Assembly (NCBI GenBank): GCA_950097015.1
Contig: CATNEN010000025.1
Coordinates: 7,254,001 to 7,318,000, forward strand
Length of the DNA stretch: 64,000 nucleotides
DNA from: Macrostomum hystrix
Taxonomy: Eukaryota > Animalia > Platyhelminthes
Reading direction: 5' to 3'
The notes beneath the pieces were generated by a model. That model saw only the letters and a list, made by a program, of their open reading frames with translations, was not told the origin of the DNA and did no database searches. A program made the position numbers and the translations under genes. Below are positions 37,601 to 48,478 of this stretch, piece by piece; position 1 is the first letter of the stretch; every line of letters begins with the position of its first letter.

Positions 37601-40600
37601 TGAGAAAGTCAGGGCAGATGTACACACCTGTGTGAGCGTATGCCTGCATATAGTATCTGTGTGCGTGTGTGCTCAGGAGTCAGCGAAATGGGCAGAATTG
37701 CCTCCTCACTGGCTGCGGGTCTAGTGTCACTAAATTATGTGCCACTGCCCGCAGTCCTCCTGCAAAAAATAAATAATAATAAATAATAATATCGTGATGC
37801 TTTGGCTGCGCAAAAAATGGCCAAAAATAGTGGAATAACGGGATAGCTTACTCGATTTGAGAATAGCATTTGTAAACAATGTTCTATTTAAGTGCTAAAA
37901 GCAGTAATGTTTTTCTCACCTTCACGGCACAGCGAGTCCGGCCCGGTGTTGAATACAAACGGACTCTGCAGGCGGGCACAGCTGGTGTAGTCGGTGTCCA
38001 CCGGACAGTTGTAAGCTGTACCAAAATGTTATGTTTTATATTTCTGCATACTTATCGATTCGACAGTAGCTAAGAAAATATAGTGTGGAAATAAATTATT
38101 CAATGAGTCAACATCAAAATCATAAAGAAGGAGACTCACGGCAAACTGCCGTCGAACGCCAATCCACGGTGATATTGAGTCCCGAGCACTCGTCAGCGGC
38201 GGCAGCCAACAGGCTGCAGAGACCTTCGCAGGTTGCGGCGTCCTTAACTGACTGGCGGCAGCGGCAGGCCTCGCGGAGGCAGGCGTCGTGAAGGAACTCC
38301 AGGCGGTCTTCATTCAGCATGGCCAGGCAGCCACCGAAGGGTCCTCGCTGATCACGCAGCAGGCCGCAACGGGCGAAGGACAAATCGAAGTTGCTGCGGC
38401 TCTGAACAAGCCAGGTTGTGAATGGTTGATTAGTGAATTTTCAATAGCAAATACAACTGCTCATATTACAATTCCACTGCATATGCCTTTATGCACATTT
38501 TTTTATTGTACCAGTTTGCCATTAATTTTTAAGGAATTTGTTCCATGCCGGTAATTTATTGTTTCAGGTATAAGGTCAGCCTCCGGAATACTTCGCAGAC
38601 CTCATATTCCGCGCATGCCATTTGACCCCGCTGCCTAAATACCAATTTACCATAGACTATTAGTCTAGACCATAGACTATAGCCGTGAAACGCAGAAACC
38701 ACAGACCAAGGAATATACTCGTAACTAGACTGCGCATCCCGCATTTCTTGCCTGGGCTTGATTGACCAAATTACAGTGCAAAGAAATGGCCCCTCGGTCA
38801 CAACACGGAAACGATCCGATAATTGTGCGGGGGCAAACAGATAGGTGCAGGCAAGCTTTTCTTTCCGCCTGCTCTTTTATGTAGCTATATTAAAGTGCTC
38901 TGGGCATCACGTTTGACATCGATACTAGGGACGTGTGCGACTCCACGCTAGAGGACAGTTATAGAATGGGAAGTAGAGATTGGAGTAGAGATTGGGAAGT
39001 AGGGAATGGAGTAGAGAATGGGAAGTAGGAAATGGGAAGTAGGGAATGGGAAGTAGAGATTGGAGTAGAGAATGGGAAGTATGGAATGGGAAGTAGAGAA
39101 TGGAAAGTAGGGAATCGGAAGTAGGGAATTGGAAGTAAGGAATACGAAGTAGAGAATGGGAAGTAGGGAATGGAGTAGAGAATGGGAAGTAGGGAATGGA
39201 GTAGAGAATGGGAAGTAGAGAATGGAGAGTAGAGAATTGGAAGTAGGGAATGGAAAGTAGAGAATTGGAAGTAGGGAATGGGAAGTAGGAATGGGAAGTA
39301 GGAATGGGAAGTAGAGAATGGGAAGTAGAGAATGGGAAGTAGAGAATGGGAAGTAGAGAATGGGAAGTAGGGAATGGGAAGCAGGGAATGGGAAGTAGAG
39401 AATGGAAAGTAGAGAATGGGAAGTAGAGAATGGAGAGTAGGGAATGGAAAATAGGCACAACTTTTTTAACCTCATTCGCAGTCTAGTTATATTTTTTAAT
39501 CTGTGGCTGAAACTAAAGTACTAATTACATGTAAACTATGGCTAGTAGATGCTCTCTATATTGTACGCTTAACGCATTGACGTTTCAACGATCTGCAGCC
39601 AATCCATATTGTCAATAGCGTCTTGTAAGGGACTTCAAATTGAAAAGATTTTAAATATTCTGTTCCCGCAACTTCCGCAACTCCAATGCAGTTAAATTGC
39701 GGATTACCTTGAGACAGGCCTCGTCAAAGTCCGACTCCGGGATGGCCTGTGCGTAGTCGCTGTCAAGCGTCCAACTGCGCCCGAACTCGTCCGGGCTGAG
39801 AGCTAGAAGGCCGCCTGGCGTGCGATAGTCGTCTGTGGCGTCACCGTTGAAATTGCCGCAGAGGCCGCCGAGTGGCGGGCCGCGGCGAGGACGCGTGGCG
39901 TGGATTGTGAGGCGGGTTCCTGAGGTACGGGGGCAGGTTTATTGAATCATTTCAGCTTGCCGATCATCAGAACTCTATTTCTCCCCTGGGGAAATACCAT
40001 GGGGTATTTCAAATACCCACTGCCAACTTCACGACAGCTCCCAAACCGAATAACGGATTTTCCTTAAATCCACCTTATAGGTCAAAACTTTCCACCCTTT
40101 ACAATGAACTAACTTTCAAAGCCGCCCGAGTCGGCATCGTCGAGATATTCAGCGATTCTTGTCGAAGACCCTGGTGACAAGGACAACTGACATTGCTCTG
40201 TATAAACATTTATGGCTTATCCACAATGGATTTGGAATTTGAGCCATGCACAATATGTGGCTTCGGCCCGACAGCTGACATGAAACTAATGCGTAATAGC
40301 AAGAACTGAGCATGAGCGAATTGTGCAAACCTCTATCCCAGAGGACGGACACGCCCAGCAGCAGAAAGTGCAAACCGCCCTGTGCTGGCGAGGCCGTCAG
40401 CACAACTGTCTCTCCGTTAATGTACTGCCGGCCGCTAATTATCCGACCCTGAAGGACGCGAACTTCGCCACCGTTGCCTAGCCGGATCTTCACTAGGCGG
40501 GCGCACACGGAAGGCCGGCTGCCGCAGGCGACGCTACGGCTGGTGACGCGCAGCTCCGGCAGCTGCAGTAAGAGAGTCTCGCGTGCGCCAGCGTAGTAGC

Positions 40601-43600
40601 GAAACGGCCGACCGTCGAAGCTGACATAGTAGCCGTCTCCGAATACCCGACAGCGGCCGCGGCAGGCAGCAGCGGAGCCGGCGGTGATCTTTTCCAGCCA
40701 ACGACCGCCGGAGCACACGCGCGTCCTGCACTGAGCGGTGAGGGTCGAACCTGGTGGAAGTTCGCGACTGCCATAGCGACATGGACAGTCGGCGTGCTTC
40801 ACACACTGACCCTGCGGAGACGAATGATCCGATTTATTTAGTCCATTTGGACTGCGTTAATTTTGCAATTCGCATCAATGAGACTTTCAACTCACCGCAG
40901 CGGTGGCGTACAGCCCGCTGGGACAGCGGCAATGTTCTTCGGTTCCAGCGCCGGTGTTGCAGCCTGCCGCGTTGTTACCATCGTCTGGATCTTCGCATCG
41001 GCGCGGTCGGCACTCGCCAGGCAGGGCGCGCCGCCAGGCCTGATTTTTCGGACAGGCGACTCGACTACGAGCCACTGCTGATAGTGCTGCCCGGATCGCG
41101 GGCCGGCAGACGATTAGGCCGTTCTGACACTTGCTGAAATTTTGATTCGCTCGGTGATGATAAAAGCTTTAGTTCTTACCTGGGGCGTAGCAGGGGGGCG
41201 AGGCCCTGGTATTGGCGCCCCAGAGGCACGGCGCCCCTAGAAAAAAATCCCTTCCTTCCCTCACAACTCACCATTTTTCGTCGCTACGCGAAAATTCCTC
41301 GTCGGGTTGTCGCTGCTTGCCAGTTAGAGAATCGAAGCACGTGCATTGGGATCTAGCCACACACCTGCCGTCGCTCAGTAGGTAAAGGCCACGTGGACAC
41401 TGGCAGCCGAAATAGCAGCCGCTGGGACAACGATCCGGTCTGGACAAGCTGGCGCAGGTGGTCTGGCAGGTGTTGGCACACAGGCGGAATATGGAGCCAC
41501 CACTGGGGCAGGATAGCAGAGCTGGAAATTAAATTCGAAGGTATTTAATGATTAAAATTACAAGTTTGTGCATAAAAACTCATACCTGAATATAGGACCG
41601 CAGGAAATAAGGATCTCTACAGGTACCACAAGCACAAGGCTCTCTATCGCTGACACAAGGCTCTCTACATCTGACACAAGGCTCTCTATCGCTGACACAA
41701 GGCTCTCTACATCTGACACAAGGTTCTCTATCGCTAACACAAGGCTCTCTACATCTGACACAAGTCTCTCTATCGCTGACGCAAGTCTCTCTATCGCTGA
41801 CACAAGGCCCTTTACATCTGACACAAGGCTCTCTATCGCTGACACAAGGCTCTCTATCGCTGACACAAGGCTCTCTATCGCTGACACAAGGTTCTCTACT
41901 ATTAACGTATAGCACTTGAATATTGATCACTATTTAGTCACTGGAACGGCTAAGTGCATACTACGAACCACTGGAGCAATAGCAATAGATAGCCGATAGC
42001 CAATGAGTAAATGAACTCAGTATCAAACAGGCTGCTCAGCTCACAGCACTCCTTGAGATGCGACAGGAGTCGCCAATGGATCCTGTAGCCAGATCTGGCG
42101 CAAAGCCGCATTGCGTTGAACGCGATGTAGCAGATGCTGTCGGTATGGCGCGCCGCCTCGCAGTTACGCACAAACGGCTGCAGATTCTCAGTCTGGGCGC
42201 AGAGTCTGAACTGACCGCTGTGCTGGAACAGATCGTAACAGGTGCGCACAGTTTCCCTCGAGATGCCAACTCGTTGCGGCCATCCTTCTGACAGCAATTC
42301 TAGTCCGGTCGCCAAGTAGGAGCGGGCAACTGACAGAGAATCGGCAGCGACGCTTCCCCGCCTCGGCCACAGGTCGTTTTCACTGGCGCCGTCGTAGCGG
42401 CCGCATAGGCCTCGCAAGCGTCGGGCTCCGCGTAGTCGCTTGCTGGCGGCCAGGTCGACTATGGCGCCGTTGAAATCAAGGCGCAGCAGGTCGGCTATGC
42501 GCAGGTGAATGTAGTGGCTGGTGACCCGGTGTAGCGAAAAGTCAAGGCTGAGCCGCAGATGCTGCCCAATGGCTCTGGAAGGCATTGGTAACGCGGGCTG
42601 CCTTGTGACTTGACTAAGGTTTAGGCAACCATGCAAAAAAGTAAATTGCCTAAATGTTAAAAATAAGTATCTGCTAGTTTCTGCATCCCTTGGTTTAATT
42701 TAAACTTACCTGGCGATAAATATTTGTCTCAATAATTCAAGAAAACTCTTAGACCTTGCTTTTGCTTTTGCATTTCACGATGGAAATTTATCGCAAAACT
42801 AAACATCAGCACCAGTTGGTGGCGATCGCTTTGTAATAATAACTAATAACAATAAAATGTAGAATCTGACACAACTCACAGTCTCTGACTGCGGTCGCCC
42901 AATTGGATGACAAAATCTCCAGCCTGGTCAGAACTCGACGACCAGTAGACCAGGACCCGCTGGCCCTGCCAGGAGACATCTAGACGCGCCGGATCTGTCC
43001 AGCTGAACTTCACAGCTAGCGGTATCTCGGAGTCTTGATCGGGCTTCAGGATTTCGTGGAAAAAATACAACAGGGAACATGAAAAACAAGAAAAATTCCT
43101 TATTTAAGTATCAAAATAAGTTAGCTTCCTTAAAAGTAGGACTACTATTAATTAGAACTACTGTTAGTCAATTCTAATATTTAGGCTTGATCAGTGAAAT
43201 GGGAGAAATTCGCGTCAGGCTGTCCATAGTGACCTAGTTCCACCTGTTGTAGCCCTTAAAGGTCCAGCAGTCCATCTAAATAAAGGTAGGTGACCACGGA
43301 AGACGGAGATGATGCAGGCACATTCGGGTGACATGCAGATAAATTTTGAAGGCTCGGCAAGGCCGCACTGAGGCGCAGTGCTAATTCGTGTATAGGGGTG
43401 TATGAAAAACACTAGCGCTTATGGGAAAAATCAGACCTTCGGCCAGAACAAGACTTGATTCTTGTTTCAGAAGATGTGCAAAAAGTTGGCCCATGTTCTT
43501 GAGTTTCGTGTGCTTTCGTTGCTCCGTTCGGGTGCAGTACAGAAAATTGTCTCCAGTGAGGAAATCCCCCCTGTGTAGTTCTACCGTAAAATGTGCTTAA

Positions 43601-46040
43601 TAGTTCGTATTCTAAGACTGCTTTGTTCCACAGCCCACTGTATCTAGCGTGTTCCTATAACTATGATAGAAAAATCACGAGGCTTGTGCACGAGGCTTGT
43701 GGAGTGCTTCCAAATTTAATCTACGAGCCCGTACATTAGAATAGAATGTACATTGGGCAGCCCCAGTTTAGGCCACAAAACAAATGCTTATCTCTCTTCT
43801 GTCCTCACGCGGGAGATGAATGTACATCCGCTGAATTTTAATCTACATTGCACAAGTTGTTTATCTGCCGAGCCGACACGCGCTAACCAGCTAACCTTGT
43901 ACTGACTTTATGCCATCCTATATATAGTTGGGAATGAACACTATAAGTAAGATGAAAAAGCTATATATCTATAGTCGTCTAACCTATCTGTTTATCTTAA
44001 TATACCACGAAAAAAATTGTAATCGCAGTCATGAACCTCAGTGACGTAACATAAACAAGCCTCACCTCAACCAGGTAATACTGATTGCTACTGTCCAAAA
44101 AGCTGATCTTCTGCCCGTCGAAGGTGACAACCTGGCCAGGCGAGACGTGGCAGACTCTGCCGCAGTCGGTGCTGGCGCAGCGCCAATTGTTGTTGCCAAG
44201 ACAGGAGCTTCGCGCCGAGAGAAAGAGAATGCTTAGCTGTACATCTTAATAATAATAGTATTCAAATGAGCGCGGGGCACTAAAGCATCATTTGGTGAAA
44301 GTAGACACGCAGCCAGTGAGGAGGCAACTCTGCTCCACTGACTCCTGAGCACACACGCTCACAGGTGTACAGGTTGGCCCCAAGCCTTCTCTCCGCGTCT
44401 GCGCCCCAAATGAATGTGGCCTCGCCGCGGAATCGAGTTCAGGGACCTAGAAGCCAGAGGCAAACGCTCTGCCACTCACCCCCTAGCTGTGAGTGGCAGA
44501 ATATTTACCATTGAATTTTTCCCTGCTTTATTGTTTGCTCAAATCGGAAGCGCAAAACGCACGATGATTTTTTTCACACCAGTTGTGAAAACTTTAGAAT
44601 ACGAGTGTATATGTTGTAAAACTGAGCTGGCTATTTACCAGGTCTGGCAGCCTTTAGTGAATCGCTCGCCCAGGTGGTAGATCCGGTTGCCATGACGACA
44701 CGGACATTCGGCAGCCTCGACGCAGCGGCCACGACCGTCTAGTAGGCGCGGCGGGACGCAGGCGCACAGCGGGGCGAAAGTACACATCAGCGGGGGCAGG
44801 CGGCGGAGAGCGGCGCAGCGGTCGGGACACCGGCGGTGGCAGAGGCTGTGCACTGACCAGCCTTTTAAGTGAAACAGTTTGGGATAAGAAGTCAGAATAT
44901 AAATCGGAACATTCGTAACATAAAGATCCAACTTTATTGAATCGCACTGACCATCTGTGCAGCTGACGCGGGCGCTGTTGCACTGCTGGCCGCGGGCGCT
45001 GAGCAGGAACCGCTGAGCAGTAAGGTAGGCGCCAGCTGAGCCGGTCACCTCGACGAAGGGGTCGCGCAGGCAGCCGCGGCCCAGCCGACTGTCTGGCCGG
45101 TCCAATTTACCGCAGGGGCCGCGGTTCGCCGGTCGCAGCCGGCGTTGTTGGCGCGCAGTTGCCCCCGGAGGCCGCTGTCCGGCGCACCAGCCGCTAGTCT
45201 GGCCGGCCGTCGAGTCTAGCAGCAGAGCCAGGAAGCCGTCGTCGGACCAGCGCAGGTGTACTGCGGTGCCGGACAAGTGCAGCGAGTGCTGCCGTCCGTT
45301 GTCGAAGCTGCGCAGCAGCAGCGGCACGGAGGCGGGCAGGCGATTGTCAGCGGCGTCGCCGTCTTCGTCGCCTAGGAGCAGCTCAGCCACAGTCTGGGTG
45401 TCATTACGGCCGGCAATGCCCAGCTGAAGGACTGTCAGGCTTCGGCCGCGGATGCGAACCAGATTGTCGGTGGGGCAGTGACGGACGCCGCCGAAGTGAA
45501 TCAAGATTTCCTGCATTGTGGAGCATTTTTTGTTTTGTTTAAGCGCTTCGAAAGATAATTAATGAATAACTTTCAATGCCATATAGTGCACTCGTAGACA
45601 CACAACCAAAAAGTGGTAACTGGTGGGGCTAACATTCGGTCGATTTATCAGAGCAAGTGTAAGCTGGTCGAATCAAATCAATTTCGAATTCTGAGCTAGA
45701 AGGAAAACTATAAAAATTATAACTCTACCTTCTGACAGGCGTCATCGCTGACTCCATCTTCGCCGCACTTGCCGCCGGCTCCGACGGTGCGCACGTCGAT
45801 TCTCCAGCTCAGCACCTCGGAGCTGAAGCTGGCCAGCGGAAGCTCGTCTTGCCCGGCGCCGACTGTCGGCCAGAACTGATCAGTCCAGGCTCCGCTGAAG
45901 TCCAGCAGGTGTCCCAATCCGGGCTGCACGCAATAGCTGAACTGCGTGCCGTCATTGTTGCCAGTCGCCACAGCGCCTGCCCAAGCTAGGAAGGCGAGCA
46001 GAAGTACGGCGGAAGCCAGTGGCAGCAGACGCCGCTTCAT
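1..46040 (-). CDS. Giant secreted VWD/C8/TIL-LDLa-discoidin repeat glycoprotein (gel-forming mucin / SCO-spondin-like; candidate adhesive protein); 15 exons, 3' end beyond the window
   Basis: Exons joined by hand: 46040-45729, 45510-44952, 44861-44639, 44207-44066, 43043-42880, 42601-42045, 41077-40896, 40811-40331, 39919-39708, 38401-38140, 38015-37920, 35789-35660, 35369-35281, 35089-34976, then 34653 to <1. All have GT..AG boundaries and matching phases (3523 nt = 1174 codons + 1 nt, completed by AG at 34653). Motifs seen: signal peptide, GLCGRYDG and GLCGNFNGD (VWD), C8 and TIL cysteine patterns, two LDLa modules. Confidence 0.88.
18830..32585 (-). repeat. Coding tandem array B: 19 x 729 bp (243 aa)
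   Basis: Plus-strand shadow ORFs recur every 729 nt from 19509 to 31902, plus a divergent terminal copy near 18.8-19.4 kb. The protein unit CTKKMAFDSNVL...LEVKVC plus an Arg/Thr linker repeats almost perfectly. Confidence 0.97.
34976..35789 (-). CDS. Exons 12-14 (35789-35660; 35369-35281; 35089-34976): end of TIL, VWC-like Cys segment, LDL-receptor class A module
   Basis: Translation DCQC...CRYRGAVYGTGDSAKLGCRQCICRDGNWKNC, then LDLa CTGHSFACRSSGSCLHRSKVCDGVADCADGSDEASC. Confidence 0.85.
35426..35597. repeat. 12-bp minisatellite (CCGGTCTCAGAG/A), ~14 copies, in an intron
   Basis: Directly visible. Lies inside the intron 35659-35370. Confidence 0.95.
36840..37790 (+). mobile_element. tRNA-derived SINE copy 1, interrupted by a foldback element
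   Basis: A-box TGGCAGAGCGG at ~36850 and B-box GTTCGATTC at 36895. The body resumes at 37467 (...CGCGGCGAGGCCACATT..TGGGGCGCAGCCGCGGAGAGAAGGC...) and ends in an AAT-rich tail. The body matches four other copies in the window. Confidence 0.8.
36904..37466. mobile_element. Non-autonomous foldback/MITE-like DNA transposon, 563 bp
   Basis: Termini GGTTTACTCCCGATTCGCCGAATCCCG and CGGGATTCGGCGAATCGGGAGTAAACC are inverted. The arms are built of ~15-bp CCGATTCGCCGAA subrepeats around an AT-rich spacer. Flanked by GTTCGATTC (36895-36903) and GTTCGATCC (37467-37475). Confidence 0.85.
37920..41077 (-). CDS. Exons 7-11 (41077-40896; 40811-40331; 39919-39708; 38401-38140; 38015-37920): TIL, VWD3, C8, TIL
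   Basis: Translation CRVFGDGYYVSFDGRPF, LGGLCGNFNGDATDDYRTPGG...EFGRSW, C8 RCGLL..GPFGGC...DACLREAC...VDWRSTAVC, TIL CPVDTDYTSC...CREDCQC. All GT-AG with matching phases. Confidence 0.85.
38965..39449. repeat. Purine-rich 7/14-bp minisatellite (GGGAAGTAGAGAAT)
   Basis: Directly visible; intronic. Confidence 0.95.
41630..41898. repeat. 21-bp minisatellite (ACAAGGCTCTCTATCGCTGAC), ~12 copies
   Basis: Directly visible; intronic. Confidence 0.95.
42045..44207 (-). CDS. Exons 4-6 (44207-44066; 43043-42880; 42601-42045): VWD2 and C8
   Basis: Translation CSCLGNNNWRCASTDCGRVCHVSPGQVVTFDG ... LRGLCGRYDGASENDL ... FRLCAQTENLQPFVRNC...IHWR. Phases 2-0-2-1 are consistent. Confidence 0.82.
43185..43590. 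mobile_element. Dispersed ~400-bp repeat, copy 1 (probable DNA-transposon remnant)
   Basis: Colinear and highly similar to 57445-57870 (GGCTTGATCAGTGAAAT...GTGACCTAGTTCCACCTGTTGTAGCCCTT...CCCCCTG.GTAGTTCTAC.G). Confidence 0.6.
44268..44485 (-). mobile_element. tRNA-derived SINE copy 2 (internally deleted)
   Basis: Minus strand reads GGGGGTGAGTGGCAGAGCG (A-box-like) ... AACTCGATTCCGCGGCGAGGCCACATT..TGGGGCGCAG...CACCAAATGATG tail. Confidence 0.75.
44639..45510 (-). CDS. Exons 2-3 (45510-44952; 44861-44639): degenerate VWD1 and TIL domain
   Basis: Acceptor TGCAG|GAA. The 90-nt intron 44951-44862 joins GAT G|GC TGG. TIL pattern CHRRCPDRC...C..LCAC...LLDGRGRCVEAAECPC. Confidence 0.8.
45729..46040 (-). 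CDS. Exon 1: signal peptide and start of first VWD-like domain
   Basis: ATG at 46040 gives MKRRLLPLASAVLLLAFLAWAGAVATG (basic n-region, hydrophobic h-region, small-residue cleavage site). Donor AAG|GTAGAG at 45728. Confidence 0.8.
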
Positions 46041-48478
46041 CTGCGGTCGGTTATTTGCCAAAGTTGCTACTTGGCTAGTCTGAGTTTCCTTTTTCGTTGA
46101 ACTCTAAACGCTTTTCGTGGAAGAATGCTTTGGGCTGCTCTAGTTGCGGAAGGCAGAGGTTTCGAGTGTCGATTGCAAATGAGTTGAAGTGTCTAAAGTT
46201 TTCTTTGCTTCGAAATTGACTTATTGCAGAACAAACAGGAATTGGAAGACGACTTGGGCGGGCCGACATTTTAAAAGGCGTTTTCAGCCGCGCCACAGCG
46301 GTGTGGTAGCAGCTGGGCTCTAGTGCGGCTGGGGCGGTGAAACAAAAGAGCCTTTTTTTCCAGGAAAGAAGCGAAAACTTTACGATTACGACCCATCGCC
46401 GACTGAATGGATCCAGTTTGAAAACCTAGGACCAACCCAAATAAGTTGGAGGAGGAAGTTGGCGAAGTTGAGAACCTACCAACAGAGCTTGGTTCTCGAT
46501 CTGTGCCAGCTGCTGCAGCAGTAGAATTAATGGCGCGAGTTGGTGCAACAAGGAACAATAACGGAATGGAAAATATGCTGAAAGCAACAAAACTGAAAAA
46601 CTCGATTAGCGCAGCAGTTTTGCAGCTCGCAGATTTTTGCCATCGATTTTTTTAAATCGGACTTTACTAAAAAAATCAAATGCCATAAGCCGAGCGGACC
46701 CCCGCCCACAACGTACAATGCGATCGTATAAAACACTGCGAACTGCTGCACAGGTCGCCGTTGCGACCAAGCATGCAATAAAAAACGTTTTGCAAAAGTT
46801 TTTTCTCAAGCTGACGTCTTCTAAAAATGGCACAATCTTTGAGCACAAGCGAAATCACAGCGCAGCATCGAGCAGTCGATTCGTCGTCATAAAGCGTTCC
46901 CGTAAGGTGCAAAAATGACATTCCCTAACATTTGCCCGCCTCCCTGCGCCCAGTCTGAAGCAGTTGAAAATCTATATTTACGTTCATGCAGCAATGCCTT
47001 TGCTGCAGTTTTTCGCTTTGTCTGACTGTATAGCCAGATGGATCCGGAATGAGCCGCGAATTGTCCGCAGTAAAATGCGTTCCAGAATCAGTGCGCAATC
47101 ATGAATTTGAGCCCCGCAATGTCTCCAGCTCACTGCTCAAACACCGCAGCAGTAATTTATGATGGAGTCAACCCCGATACTCTTGACAACCCCGTCTGCT
47201 TGGTCTGGGCGGAAGTCGGCCATTTATCCAGACGCTTTGAATTGATTTCTGGCAGTGTGCCCAAGTGATTTGGATAAGTGATGCAAATTTAAAAGTCCCA
47301 CCATGCCCCGGACTTAGATAATAGTGCGGTTGCACTGGTAGCCACTCTGCAACTACCTGCAGATCAACCACCTGCATATTTAAGCTATGCGTTACGGCAA
47401 GAGCCAAATTATTGTTTAAGGATTGTTGTGCTTTTGGGTGGAATAAGTCAACTCTGAGAGCAATTAGAGGTTTAGTAGGAATATATAGACGTATTATATT
47501 TCGTCTTATATATATTATATATATTATATTTCATATTAATTGTATTTTACGGTCTTTATTAATTAGTAAAAATGTAATAATTAGAGCTATCGAACAAAGA
47601 ACAAAGCTTTTTGCATGGGCGTGAAGAACTGTTCGTTGCGCATAGAGTATATAGAGTAAAGAAGTATATATTTACGCACTACGAGCGTACTCAAGCAAAG
47701 CATGCAACACATATATAAGAGCAGCGAAAGTAATAATAATTTACGAGTATTAAAGGAAATTGATTAATACCGTTTACTCAAAGCGAATTGTAACGAAGAA
47801 AATATAATAGTTATCAATGGGCTTAAAGAACACCCATTGTAGAACGAAATTGAATGAAGGCGGATGTGGGTGCGGGGGCATTGTGATGCTAGCTATATAT
47901 ACTGCAGCAAATTTATGCTTAGGACTCACTAAAAGTACAATATTTAGTTGAAGATTGAGTATAATAACGATTCCTAAATGATTGGGTCAAGGTAGGTCAG
48001 GTGCAGTCTTGGTTAAACGAGCTACTTCTTACTCGAAATTCTGTCTTTATCAACCGATCAAAAGCAAATTGGATTATTTTTCATGGAAGCTGGATTTGTG
48101 CTTCATTTATTCAGCTTGATTTCTATAAATTTGAAATACGCTAACTAACTTCTAATGACGTGGCTCTCCCACATGCCTATGCCCTCGGCCTGCCACAATG
48201 AGCATGGCCGGTGAGCAAGTTGTAAAACATGCAGCTACTGAGTCAAGACCAGATGAGGGCAGTTGTTAATTAATCACCCAGCCATTGATTCTCTGCTAGT
48301 TCTTTGACAGTGACGGAGCAATGCAGGGCAAACTGGTTCACTCCGGTTCTGCATTAGCGCCACCATGATTTTAGATTAGCGTCTGCGAAGTTTTGTCCTA
48401 GAAATGTTGCAAACATTCATAATCAGTTGTTAATTCATCCCAAACTACAGTTTCCTTCAAAAATACTCCAAACTGTGC

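Noticed and set aside
41178-41505. hAT-like element (GGGGCGTAGC ... GCCACCACTG)
   Set aside because: The ends match only loosely and no 8-bp target duplication is visible.
46075-47624. Short ORFs upstream of the giant gene
   Set aside because: No recognisable domains, overlapping on both strands, no splice support.
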